Shown one piece after another: positions 22,301-33,930 of a DNA stretch of 64,000 nucleotides. Source of the stretch: Hemiscyllium ocellatum (lineage: Eukaryota); contig NC_083435.1 in the NCBI RefSeq assembly GCF_020745735.1, forward strand, positions 4,255,905 to 4,319,904, in the 5' to 3' direction. The notes below the pieces were generated by a model that saw only the letters and a list, made by a program, of their open reading frames with translations, did not search any database and was not told where the DNA came from. The number at the start of each line of letters is the position of its first letter. Positions within the stretch are counted from its first letter, which is position 1. Both the position numbers and the translations under genes were made by a program.

Positions 22301-24296
22301 GACCAGGATCCTGTCTGAATATCTCCCTCCCCAAACCCCAGACCAGGATCCTGTCTGAATATCTCCCTCCCCAAACCCCAGCCCAGGATCCTGTCTGAAT
22401 ATCTCCCTCCCCAAACCCCAGCCCAGGATCCTGTCTGAATGTCTCCCTCCCCAAACCCCAGACCAGGATCTTGTCTGAATATCTCCCTCCCCAAACCCCA
22501 GACCAGGATCCTGTCTGAATATCTCCCTCCCCAAATCCCAGACCAGGATCCTGTCTGAATATCACCCTCCCCAAACCCCAGATCAGGATCCTGTCTGAAT
22601 ATCTCCCTCCCCAAACCCCAGATCAGGATCCTGTCTGAATATCACCCTCCCCAAACCCCAGATCAGGATCCTGTCTGAATATCTCCCTCCCCAAACCCCA
22701 GATCAGGATCCTGTCTGAATATCACCCTCCCCAAACCCCAGATCAGGATCCTGTCTGAATATCTCCCTCCCCAAACCCCAGATCAGGATCCTGTCTGAAT
22801 ATCTCCCTCCCCAAACCCCAGATCAGGATCCTGTCTGAATGTCTCCCTCCCCAAACCCAGACCAGGATCTTGTCTGAATGTCTCCCTCCCCAAACCCCAG
22901 ACCAGGATCCTGTCTGAATATCTCCCTCCCCAAACCCCAGCCCAGGATCCTGTCTGAATGTCTCCCTCCCCAAACCCCAGACCAGGATCTTGTCTGAATA
23001 TCTCCCTCCCCAAACCCCAGACCAGGATCCTGTCTGAATATCTCCCTCCCCAAATCCCAGACCAGGATCCTGTCTGAATATCACCCTCCCCAAACCCCAG
23101 ATCAGGATCCTGTCTGAATATCTCCCTCCCCAAACCCCAGATCAGGATCCTGTCTGAATATCTCCCTCCCCAAACCCCAGATCAGGATCCTGTCTGAATG
23201 TCTCCCTCCCCAAACCCAGACCAGGATCTTGTCTGAATGTCTCCCTCCCCAAACCCCAGATCAGGATCTTGTCTGAATATCTCCCTCCCCAAACCCCAGA
23301 CCAGGATCCTGTCTGAATATCACCCTCCCTAAACCCCAGACCAGGATCCTGTCTGAATATCACCCTCCCCAAACCCCAGATCAGGATCCTGTCTGAATGT
23401 CTCCCTCCCCAAACCCCAGAACAGGATCCTCTGAATATCTCCCTCCCCAAACCCCAGATCAGGATCCTGTCTGAATATCTCCCTCCCCAAACCCCAGACC
23501 AGGATCTTGTCTGAATATCTCCCTCCCCAAACCCCAGACCAGGATCCTGTCTGAATATCTCCCTCCCCAAATCCCAGACCAGGATCCTGTCTGAATATCA
23601 CCCTCCCCAAACCCCAGATCAGGATCCTGTCTGAATATCTCCCTCCCCAAACCCCAGATCAGGATCCTGTCTGAATATCTCCCTCCCCAAACCCCAGATC
23701 AGGATCCTGTCTGAATGTCTCCCTCCCCAAACCCAGACCAGGATCTTGTCTGAATGTCTCCCTCCCCAAACCCCAGATCAGGATCTTGTCTGAATATCTC
23801 CCTCCCCAAACCCCAGACCAGGATCCTGTCTGAATATCACCCTCCCTAAACCCCAGACCAGGATCCTGTCTGAATATCACCCTCCCCAAACCCCAGATCA
23901 GGATCCTGTCTGAATGTCTCCCTCCCCAAACCCCAGAACAGGATCCTGTGAATATCTCCCTCCCCAAACCCCAGACCAGGATCTTGTCTGAATATCTCCC
24001 TCCCCAAACCCCAGACCAGGATCTTGTCTGAATATCTCCCTCCCCAAACCCCAGACCAGGATCCTGTCTGAATATCTCCCCCTTCCCCCCAAACCCCAGA
24101 CCAGGATCCTGTCTGAATATCTCCCCCTTCCCCCCAAACCCCAGACCAGGATCCTGTCTGAATATCTCCCTCTTCCCCCCAAACCCCAGACCAGGATCCT
24201 GTCTGAATATCTCCCCCTTCCCCCCAAACCCCAGACCAGGATCCTGTCTGAATATCTCCCCCTTCCCCCCAAACCCCAGACCAGGATCCTGTCTGA
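19394..24296. repeat. 40-bp tandem satellite, about 4.9 kb, roughly 120 copies
   Basis: Unit CCAGGATCCTGTCTGAATATCTCCCTCCCCAAACCCCAGA with minor variants. Confidence 0.98.
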
Positions 24297-24372
24297 GCGT
24301 CTCTCTGCCCGGACGCTGGGTGTGTCTTGAGTGTCTCCCTCACTGGGTAAACAGTCCACGCCCCAGTCTCTG

Positions 24373-24483
24373 ATTGGTCATTTCCCATCAATTTTGTGAC
24401 CTCACAAAGGACGCCGAACGGTTTGACCAATCCTAAGGTGGCGCTCTGCGATCCTTCATTTGCATAGAACCTGCAGTTAAATA
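24373..24483 (+). promoter_or_regulatory. H2B-type promoter: CCAAT boxes, octamer, TATA-like box
   Basis: ATTGG at about 24374, CCAAT 24427-24431, ATTTGCAT 24458-24465, TTAAATA 24477-24483. Confidence 0.85.
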
Positions 24484-24636
24484 GGAGAGCGGGCGGGCGG
24501 GCGCAGGTTCGGCGCTGGGGGCGGGCGGGAGAGGGAGGGAGACCGGCCGCTCTGTCCGTCGGACAGCGGCTAGCCCTCGGACGTCGGCGCGCTTCTTGAT
24601 CAATCCACTGATCGATAATCCATCGGAGCGACTGAA

Positions 24637-24963
24637 ATGGCCCCAAAGCCGGCGGGGGCCCGGTGCTACCGCAAGAGGAAGCGCCGGGAGAGCTACTGCC
24701 GGTACATCCGCCGGGTGCTGAAGCAGATCCACCCGGAGCGGAGCCTCTCGGCGGCGGCCGCCGCGGCGCTCGACTCCTTCCTGGGCGACCTCTTCGAGCG
24801 GCTGGCGAGCGAGGCGTCCCGCCTGGTCCGCTACAGCCGGCGGCAGACCCTGTCCTCCCGGGAGATCCAGAGCGCCGTCCGCCTGCTGCTCCCGGGGGAG
24901 CTGGCCCAGCACGCCGTGTCCGAGGGCAGCAAGGCGGTCACCACGTTCGCCGCCTGCCCGTGA
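24637..24963 (+). CDS. Short, highly divergent histone H2B variant (108 aa)
   Basis: [17 protein letters not shown]...[53 protein letters not shown]. Intact ORF, CpG-rich, with an octamer promoter. Confidence 0.9.
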   Translation: MAPKPAGARCYRKRKRRESYCRYIRRVLKQIHPERSLSAAAAAALDSFLGDLFERLASEASRLVRYSRRQTLSSREIQSAVRLLLPGELAQHAVSEGSKAVTTFAACP

Positions 24964-25295
24964 GGAAGCAGAGGGCGGAGAGGCAGCGGCGGGGCCGGCC
25001 GGCCGGCGGGCAAGGTCCCCTTCGGAGCTCAGCAGCCCCCCCGACCCCCGGGAGGAGCCGGGGGCGGAGGGGAGAGGAGGGGGGGGAGAGGGAGCCCGAG
25101 GGAAATGAGAACTGGAAGCTTTGAACCGATCTCCAGAGACGTCCCCGAGCCGCGTTCTGTTGGTGTTTTGCGGTTGAGAACAAACTTGTCCAAAAAAAGG
25201 AGCTGCTCCGATTGCAGATGGAAACCCGACCCCCCCCCCCACCCCAGAATAATGTTTTACTCCCTTCACCACGCACTCCACCCCCCCACCCCCCC

Positions 25296-25306
25296 AATAA
25301 AATAAA
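25296..25306 (+). terminator. Candidate polyadenylation signal for H2B variant 2
   Basis: Overlapping AATAAAATAAA followed by GT/T-rich sequence; a second AATAAA at about 25618. No histone stem-loop seen after this gene. Confidence 0.5.
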
Positions 25307-26169
25307 ATGTGGTTGCAATGGTTTTATTTGCAATGATTTGTGCCACAATCAGTTTGCAATGATTTGTTGCTCCTCTGCCTCTTTCGCTAAATTGTCCCGG
25401 AGGAAGCTCGATGGTCTGTGGTGCTGCTCCTCGCGTTTGTCCGGACCCGGGGGGGGGGAAGGAGACTGACCCCCCCAGGAGTGAAAAGTGAAGTGCAGAA
25501 CTTCTCCATGTCGTGCCTCTCCACATCCTGGCGCTCGCTCTCTCTCTCTCTCTCTCTCCATTCCCCCCCCACCCGCCAAACCTTCCACCGAGTATAAACA
25601 TGAATAATAATAATAATAATAAAAGGCGGTTTGTACCGAAAATGCGGTCTTGTGAGTTAGTGGAGCCGAAGCAAAATGTTGAGTTTTGGTGTAGATTGTC
25701 TAATTGAGCCTGTGAAGTGGACAGGCTTGACGGGCTGAATGGCCCCTTCTCTTCCCCCCCCACCCCCCGTCCCTCAGGCTGCACAATCCAAACTCCCAAA
25801 GATGTAACGCGAGGTGAGCTTCGAGGTATAAAGGGAAACTTCGATTTTTTTTGGGAGGGGGCTCTTGTGTTGCAGTGGTAATGTCCCTGCCTCTGGGTCG
25901 GAAGTCCCAATCCAGCCTGCTTCAGACATGGGCCTCTGAACAGGATAGGTAGGAATGTCTGAATCCACCAGGGGAAGTTGTTAGTGCTACATCTAGGTAA
26001 AGATATTTATTTTCTTTTATACAAAAATAAATGACGTTTAGTTGTTTCTTGAAAGAATGAAATTACGGATTTAAAACAAGATTTTTTTTACTATGCATAG
26101 TACAGGAGTCAGACAATAAATAGGAGCTTGGGTTATATCCAAGTTGTCTGAAATCAGAATAATTTTAAA

Positions 26170-26810
26170 GTTAACTATGAATTAAGACCACACCTTGAGT
26201 ACTGTGTGTAGTTTTGGTATCCCAGTCTGAGCAAGGACACTCTTGTTATTGAGGCAGTCCGGTAAGGATTCCCTGGGATGGCAGGACTGATGTGAGGGCT
26301 TGTACTCGCTGGAATTTAGAACAATGGTGGGGAGAGAGAGAGAGGGGGGGCAAAATCTCATGGAAACATATAAAATCCAGATGGGACTGGACAGGCCAGA
26401 TGCTGGGCAAGTCCGAAACGAGGGGTCACAGCCTAAGAATAAGGGTAGGCCATTCGGGACTGAGATGAGGAAAGATGTTTCCCCTCAGGGGGTTGTGAAC
26501 CTGTGGAATTCTCTCCCACAGGAAGATTTGGGGCCACTTCATTAGATATATTCAAGAGGGAGCTGGAGGTGGGCCTGGTGGCTAAATGAAACATTGATTT
26601 TCCTGCTCCTCAGCTGCTGCCTGAACTGCTGTGCCTTTCCAACACCACTCTAACCTACAGTCTTGCAGCCAAAGGGATCAGGGGTTATGTGGAGATGGTG
26701 GGAATGGGATACTGAGTTTGCACCATCAGACATGATTGTATTGAAAGGTGGGGCAGACTCCAAAGGGCTGCACGGTCTACTCCTGCAGCTCTTTTCGACG
26801 TTTCTATGTT
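26170..26810 (+). mobile_element. CR1-type LINE 3' fragment with a nested Penelope-tail piece
   Basis: ORF 26300-26545 (GVVNLWNSLPQE); family A fragment at about 26588-26655. Confidence 0.75.
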
Positions 26811-28322
26811 AATAGGTAAACATAAATTTTACATAGAATGGTAGGTACAACTAAGAAAGACTTAGGAACTTGGTCTAAAGTCAGCTCAGCATATACCTCA
26901 TCACATTAAAGTCCTTCAAAACTTTGCCTTCCTCATAAAGAATTTACCCTCTTCTCATCCTCCGTCAAATCGCCAGATGCCAGCGAAGTGTAACAGCATG
27001 TCTCCTTCTGGAATGGCTTTTCACCATTGGCATGGTACCTGCTTGAAGGACCTCAGCTTTGTTGGTGATAGTCTGGATGGTGTCCATTCAAAGAACAACT
27101 TACCCTTCTGTGATTCACAAGTTGATATGATTTATCATAATCATGTGTACCTAAGTACAGTGAAAAGCTTTGTTTGCGAGCAGTACAGGCAGATCATAGT
27201 AAGCAAGGATGTACAGACCACTGGGGTTGCTTAGACAGAGCGAGAGTCCTGGATCATGCCTCTGCCTTCCTCTGGTTACCTGTAGTGTACCACTGGAATC
27301 ACCAACTGATCAAGGACTGCACTGTGTCCATAACTTGAACCAGATTACGTCTCCTTAGAAGGTTTGGTTTTCAAGCTCAGTTTCAGTCTTAGCTGTTTTA
27401 GAAACACGGCCATAAGTTACACAACAGCAGGTTATAGACCAACAGGTCTGTTTGGAATCACAACCTTTCAGAGGTGAACTGACTCCGCCTGACAAAGAGT
27501 CAGCACTCGGAAAGCTTATGATTCCAAATAAACCTGTTGGGCCAGAAACTGCTGCTGATTGATTGTGACTTTGTCCACCCCAGTCCAACACCAGCACCTC
27601 CACATAATTTCTATGACCTGGATGACTTCTGTCTTCTCCCTGAAGCCTGAGTCTCTTCCATTTCTCAAAGTCATACTACTCCAGTTTCCCTGTTGGTCTG
27701 TCAATGCGGATCAGGGGCTGTTGTGGCGCTGGCTGTTGTGATACCTCTGGGCCAGGAGGTTCAAGTCCTGCTTGGTCTAGAGGTGTGTCATGACAGATTT
27801 ATTAGAAAGGAGATCTATTGTTCCCTAGTTGTCAATAGGATGCACATTTGTTTTGAGCAATCTCATACCTTAGTGGTAGTGATCCTACCTCCGAGTTGAG
27901 ACTGTGGTGCTGGAAAGGCACAGCAGTTCAGGCAGCAACCGAGGAGCAGGAGAATCGACGCTTTGGGCAAAATCCCTTCATCACCTCAAGCTGACTATTA
28001 CAGTGGTGGTTGGTTTGTTTTTCAGTGGGGTGGGGGAGTTCTGTTAGAGATATGGAAATAGCAGAGCAATGGTCAGGGATGGAGGTGGGAGTCCTTCACG
28101 TCAGTTTGTTAACCGACTGATGGATTTGGTCATTTCTAATCTCACACACAACTTTCTCCACTCGATGAGAAGTAAGTGAAGACTTGCAGATGCTGGAGAT
28201 CAGAGTTGAGAGCTGGAAGAGCACAGCAGGTCAGGCAGCATCCCAGGAGCAGGAGAATCGATGTTTCAGGCATAAGTCCTTCATCAGGAACGAGGCTTGT
28301 GGGCTGGGGGCAAGGTAGCTGG

Positions 28323-29131
28323 TGTTGGGGAGAATACACCATCAGATTGCCTAGAGTGGGGCTAGGGAGGGTAGCACTATTGCTACAGCAGACATTACCA
28401 GTTCCAGTCCCCAAGCAGTTAATCACAGCCATGGGGAGAACCTAGCAACTGCAGGGCTACCTGTCTGAAGTAACATTCCTCGCTGATTAGATCATGTCAG
28501 CCAGTATCAGACTGCCCCATTGAGAACTCATGACTAATAAAGGAACCGGTAACTGTCGAATGGTGTGAATTGCGCTATCGGAGTATATGATTGTTAAAGC
28601 ATCTGTTAATGTACCTACTAGAACGGATTCCCATCGAAACCCATGATAAATAATAATGATTGTTAATTCGCTTGCGGAAAACCATTGACTCTGTTACGGA
28701 AAACACCTAGCCTGTCAGACACATAGTAATGAGATCGATACTCTGAACAATGGACTATTGATTACAGGGTTGGAACTGCCGACCCCAGGATGGCTGTACC
28801 ATTGTCCGGCACAGCGGGAGCTGGACAGGCACCTCGATGCGGCCAATAGAGGCGCAGACCCCCTCGCTCTCAGGTGTACTGACCAATGAGGGGGACGAAC
28901 GAGGGAGAACTGACCGGGAACTCCTGGCAGCGCGAAGTATAATTGAGCCAGGTCCGAAGGAGAAGACAGAACGCCTTCTCCAACGAATTGCATGCTGTAG
29001 AATTCGTTGTATAGTTTGCCAGTTTTGATTCTGTAAAATAAACGGTGCTCTGCTCCAAACTAAAGAAGCTGGTGCGGTCTCTCCTTCCAAAGAACTCGCA
29101 AAGGCTGGAACCCCGAGGTTCCGGCCTAACA
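28323..29131 (+). repeat. 5' LTR (809 bp)
   Basis: TGTTG...TAACA. CCAAT at about 28843 and 28883, TATAAT at about 28938, AATAAA 29037-29042. Confidence 0.95.
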
Positions 29132-29391
29132 TCTGGTGAGCCTGACGCGGGAAGGGAAAGAAACCACGGCACGTTGGCGGATCAGGGGGCAGACAACCTT
29201 CGGCCGAAACCTTCTAAGGTGAGGAAGCGCCTGTTAAATCTAAGGCTTCCAGTAGTTACATTTCTTCAGTTATTCTCTTGTCTGCTCTTTGACCCTCACC
29301 AACCCAAAAAACTGATCAGTTTGGCAGCAGCATCGCAGAATCCTGACTGGTAAGCTACCACTAACCTTTTAACTAGTACTGGTTTGACTTT

Positions 29392-29730
29392 CGCGTGGCT
29401 TTCGGAGCTGAGCGTGCCCCTGTTGCTTGATTTCGCGTGGGTTTCGGAGCTGAGCGCGCCCCTTGTTGTCAGTCTAATCCGCGTGGCTTTCGGAGCTGAG
29501 CGCGTCCCTAGTTGCCTGTTTAATCCGCGTGGCTTTCGGAGCTGAGCGTGTCCCTAGTTGCCTTTTATTCGCGTGGCTTTCGGAGCTGAGCGCGTCCCTA
29601 GTTGCCTTTTATTCGCGTGGCTTTCGGAGCTGAGCGCGTCCCTAGTTGCCTTTTATTCGCGTGGCTTTCGGAGCTGAGCGCGTCCCTAGTTGCCTTTTAA
29701 TCGCGTGGCTTTCGGAGCCGAGCGCGTCCC
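29392..29730 (+). repeat. Eight tandem repeats of about 44 bp in the proviral 5' leader
   Basis: Unit CGCGTGGCTTTCGGAGCTGAGCGCGTCCCTAGTTGCCTTTTATT. Confidence 0.9.
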
Positions 29731-29992
29731 TGAGATTACCTATTGCAGCGCTGACCGTACTTGACTGCTTGGATCCACGTTACAAAGCACTTAAGACCGA
29801 CGAATCTCGCTATACACACTTGCTGCTAGCATCTACCAAACCCCGGGGTGACAGAGGTTGGATCTCATCTTCTGGACAGGGTTTGTCCGCACAGCCGTAG
29901 ACCGATTGTTAAGAGCAGAGATCTGCCACGCGAAGGTCAGGCTTTGAAAGACGCTCTGTTTTTACAGCGGCACCCACCAGGGGAGATCCGGC

Positions 29993-32535
29993 ATGGGGGA
30001 CTTGAATTTTGGACCACCAAAACTAACTCACCTCAGGACAGCACGTCCCGAAGTGCCCTGGTGGCACCTCAGGGTGGGTACAGACGTAACTCTGCATGGT
30101 CAATTGCTGTTGGACAGTGTAGCCGTACAGAAAGCAAGCCTAGACCAGGTGTTTAACCAAGCGCCAGGTCAAAAGGAACTTATACCAACAAGACTGAAGG
30201 AGACCTTCACAAATACCGCATTAATGGTCACAATACTAAACGGTCTCCATGGGTCACCACAATATTCGGTCCGTCAAACAATTGCGCTAGGGAAACCCCC
30301 CATTGGCTGGGCGCCCCCGAGCACCGGCAATTCCCTAGGGTGGAAAACCAAACTGCTCGTGACCCTTACCCCGCACTGGCAAGACGGCCAGTTCGCCTCC
30401 CCCACTGGCACAGCCATCTCGGATACCTCCACCCGAGACCTGCATAATCTAACTGCAACTATCACCATCCCGCCTGACGCATCTACCACCGAGTATACCC
30501 CAGTCCCAAAGACACCAGAATCACCACCACTTACTGGGAAGGTTTTAGAGGAGATTAGGGCTCAGTTTAGGGAAAATAACACTGCCAAAGAGGCTCAGAG
30601 AAAACTCCGCAACCTGGACAGCAGTCTCAAGCTGTGGCGAAGCAAGGACTGGTTCCCTCAGGATGACCAACCCTACTTTGCAGCCGGGGATTTTGAAAAA
30701 TTCCGGACCAACATCCAGGCCTGTCTAAAAGAAAGAAAGGACGCGGCAAAGAAAGGGGTTTTCAATCTGTCCAAGCCGTCCACTAAAATAGAAGATGAAA
30801 CTGTCTACCTACGAGAGCTCTTGGTAAGGTTCCAAACCCATTTGCCAACCCCGCCTGCTGACACACCAGTTACAGGCGAACAGGATCCCCTCCCAGAATA
30901 CGAACCCGAATGGGTTCTCAGCCAGACTCCCCTCTACCCCCCTTCCCTCTATACACCCCCTATTCCGGAGCCGATCCAAAACGACAGCCACAAGGGAAGC
31001 CTGCCGCCCACCTAGGGCGGCACGGTGGCACAGTGGTTAGCACTGCTGCCTCACAGCGCCAGGGACCTGGGTTCAATTCCCGCCTCAGGTGACTGACTGT
31101 GTGGAGTTTGCACGTTCTCCCCGTGTCTGCGTGGGTTTCCTCCGGGTGCTCCGGTTTCCTCCCACAGTCCAAAGATGTGCGGGTCAGGTGAATTGGCCAT
31201 GCTAAATTGCCCGTAGTGTTAGGTAAGGGGTATATGTAGGGGTATGGGTGGGTTGCGCTTCGGCGGGTCGGTGTGGACTTGTTGGGCCGAAGGGCCTGTT
31301 TCCACACTGTAAGTAATCTAATCTAATCTAATCTAACCAGTCCACAGTCAGGGACACCTGGTCCCGAAGTACCCCCCATGACCCTGCCTGCAGTGAGCGC
31401 CGCACCAACAGCACCATTTTCGCCATGTTACGGGGGGCCGACTCTACAAGCCCCTGTCGTTAAGGTATTAGAGGGGAATTTCACATATGAGGACCCGGCC
31501 GCCGACCCCATGACGGAACGACTAGAGAGCGTACTCAACAGCCATGGACAGAAATTAAACGCCCTCACCAGAATGGTTGCGGCCAGACCAGGGATAGCAC
31601 AACCAGGTGCCGACCTGTGTGACCTTGGCCAGGCAGATACCTTGCCACAAAAGTGGGAAGTCCGGCCAGTGAAAGTCCAGGGGGACGGGTACACTCCTGC
31701 CCCAGGTCATGGCGGCCCCCCGGTGTCCAAATTTCCTTCTTTAGGAAGACATGACGAACTGACCATCATGAAAAATCTCTCCATCAGGCCCGAACTGCTG
31801 CCCCATAGAGTTCACAAACCCCGACTTGGGGGCCCCCCCTCACTGCAGAGGACGACACTTTAATTGTCACAGGAGCCCACCTCGTGAAGGGGGGAAGTAA
31901 GCTCCCCTCCCCACCTGACACTACCTCCTCGGAGGACGAGGGTGAGATCCTGGGGGATTTCGATGAAGGGTCCTACACCTCACTCCCACGCGCACACTGT
32001 AGCCCATTGCCAACAACCGCTGACACTGCCCCACTCCTCCAGGCGCCCCTCCTCGCCACTAGCGTGGGGGTAGAGAAGTATGTCCCTTGGTCACGAACAG
32101 ACCTAGACGCCTTGGTCAGGAGGCTTCCCCCGATTACTAACGGAGCGTCTGCTTGGATAGCCACTTTCGAAAGGGAAACCTGTCATGAGAAACTGGCTCT
32201 AGCCGATTTCAGAACCATCATGGTGCGCATCCGAGCCGAGGAGGCGCTGATAAGGGCAGAGAGATTAGCCAGGTGCTCTAGGTCAGACGAAACTGCCTCT
32301 TTCGACCTTTTCCGAAACATAATATGGCGGTCCCTGCGGGACAGCTTCCCCACTACTTTCTCCCTCGATGCGCTCGGGACCCTCAGGCTAAAGGACGATG
32401 AGGACGTGCATGAATACCTAACAAGGGCCTGGGACCTGTGGGAGACTGGGACGGGTGAAAGGCCAGATAGCTCTCCGTTGGCCACAGTGCACTTTCGGAA
32501 GGGTGTCACCGAGGGACTCCCTGCCCCAGTGCTGA
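29993..32535 (+). pseudogene. gag: ERV gag, disrupted by a SINE and a frameshift, and truncated
   Basis: ORFs 29993-31015, 31378-31863 and 31884 onward. Pro-rich region, then YVPWSRTDLDALVRRLPPITNGASAWIATFERET, which resembles the fish ERV capsid N-terminus. Confidence 0.8.
31015..31336 (+). mobile_element. HE1-type SINE inserted in gag
   Basis: GGGCGGCACGGTGGCACAGTGGTTAGCAC...GGGTTCAATTCCC...(TAATC)n. Nearly identical to the copy at 6619-6947. Confidence 0.93.
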
Positions 32536-33930
32536 GGTGCCTGGGTTTCTGCATGGTGGTAAGACTGTCTGTGCAGGGCCCAAGGGATCCATGTGGGGCA
32601 ACTGTGGTCATTGACACAGACCCCATGCGGGATATGACCTTCCAATTCGATCTTTGCGATGTAATAAACTGTGGGGGGACTGACTCAGAAGCGGGATGGG
32701 CTGCTTACGGTGTCTACATGTGCCCCTGCTCATGCTCTCCCCGCATCTTGCACAAATGCTACGGATACCCTAAAGATATCCATACACGCCGCATGTGTGC
32801 CTCCTGGGATGATGTTTGGTGGGGCCAGTCTCACACCACCGCCCCCAAACGTCCAGAATACCTGGACTTCAGTAAAAAACTCTCCCTGCGGAGGGGGCGA
32901 GTCTCTGTCTCACAAGCCCGTAAGAACCCTTTACTCCTCCGAATCAAGCCTGGCCTCTATAATCCTATGATCATGGCAGGTTGGTCAGCCGACACCTGTT
33001 GGGCACAGGGGCACCTTCCCGACCGACTGCCTGCCGGCCATACTACGGTCCTCTATCTGGCACTCGGGGTTGCGGTTACCGGCACAGATCCGGAGGGGGT
33101 GCTCAGGATAAATTTCGTTACACCTGACACCTCACAGAACCGCACTCTACCGTCCTTCCATCGGGACGCCCATCCCCCACAGCCTGTACCAGGCACCGTT
33201 GTGGGGTTTGATTCACGTACCCTCAATAAGCTGATTGATCCCCGGCAGCAAATTGCTCTCGCCATGGGATACATAGAGACAAACACCTGGCTAGACCGGA
33301 TCATCCAGTTTTCGCGGCAGGCAGGCCACGACCACTGCTGGGTATGCGCGAGGGGGGAGGCCCGGATTGATAATGAGTAGGACCCCATTTGAGGACGGCC
33401 ACATCGCTGCGCACTCGACCTCATGTCCAACACAATACCTGCGTCAGAGTGCAGGTCGTGGGAACAGTACTTCCCAATGGCACCAGCGAATGTTACCCCT
33501 CCTAACTTTGTTCTACATCCCCTACTGAACTACACTTGCTTCATCAACCCCCGACCGCTCGCCCAGGCATACCCAGTCGGCACAGTTGACCGTGCCGCCT
33601 GTAGCAGAACCTGGGTACTCACAGGGAACCAAGCGGCAGCATTGACGGTGAGCCGCGCAGAATTGTGGTGGTACTGCGGAGGGAAGATTCTGTACAATTG
33701 GTTGCCCCTAAATTGGGAAGGCTGTTGTGTTCTGATAACCCTTAATATTCCACTCTTCATCTCCCCACGGGCCCCGGGGGACTATACCTTCCTTGACCCT
33801 CCGCCACAGCCTGCCTCTCCGGTTCGGCACAAACGCGCGACTGACCCACTGTTGGATCTGACAAATTCTGATGGGGTCTGGATTGATGCCATTGGTCAGG
33901 CAAGAAACATCCCCGATGAATTCCGCGTTG
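32536..33930 (+). pseudogene. env: ERV env remnant (SU, furin site, start of TM)
   Basis: FDLCDVINCG, CASWDDVWW, CWVC (CXXC), LWWYCGG...LP.NWEGCC, RHKR and WIDAIGQARNIPDEF. Stops at 33378 and 33390; rest of TM not recognisable. Confidence 0.85.

Noticed and set aside
18071-24296. CRISPR-like regular repeats
   Set aside because: Units are contiguous with no unique spacers, the DNA is vertebrate, and there are no cas genes.
19326-24646. Dozens of minus-strand ORFs (GREIFRQDPGLGFGEGDIQTGSWSG...)
   Set aside because: Translations of the 40-bp satellite in all three frames, mostly with non-ATG starts and frequent stops.
25858-25880. GGCTCTTG as a possible stem-loop for H2B variant 2
   Set aside because: No complementary AGAGCC arm, 900 bp from the stop, and it looks like a SINE head.
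29134-29151. Assignment of the ERV primer tRNA
   Set aside because: TGGTGAGCC loosely resembles a tRNA-Arg PBS but cannot be assigned without a tRNA library.
31015-31090. tRNA gene
   Set aside because: The A/B boxes belong to the tRNA-derived head of an HE1 SINE and continue into the V-domain.
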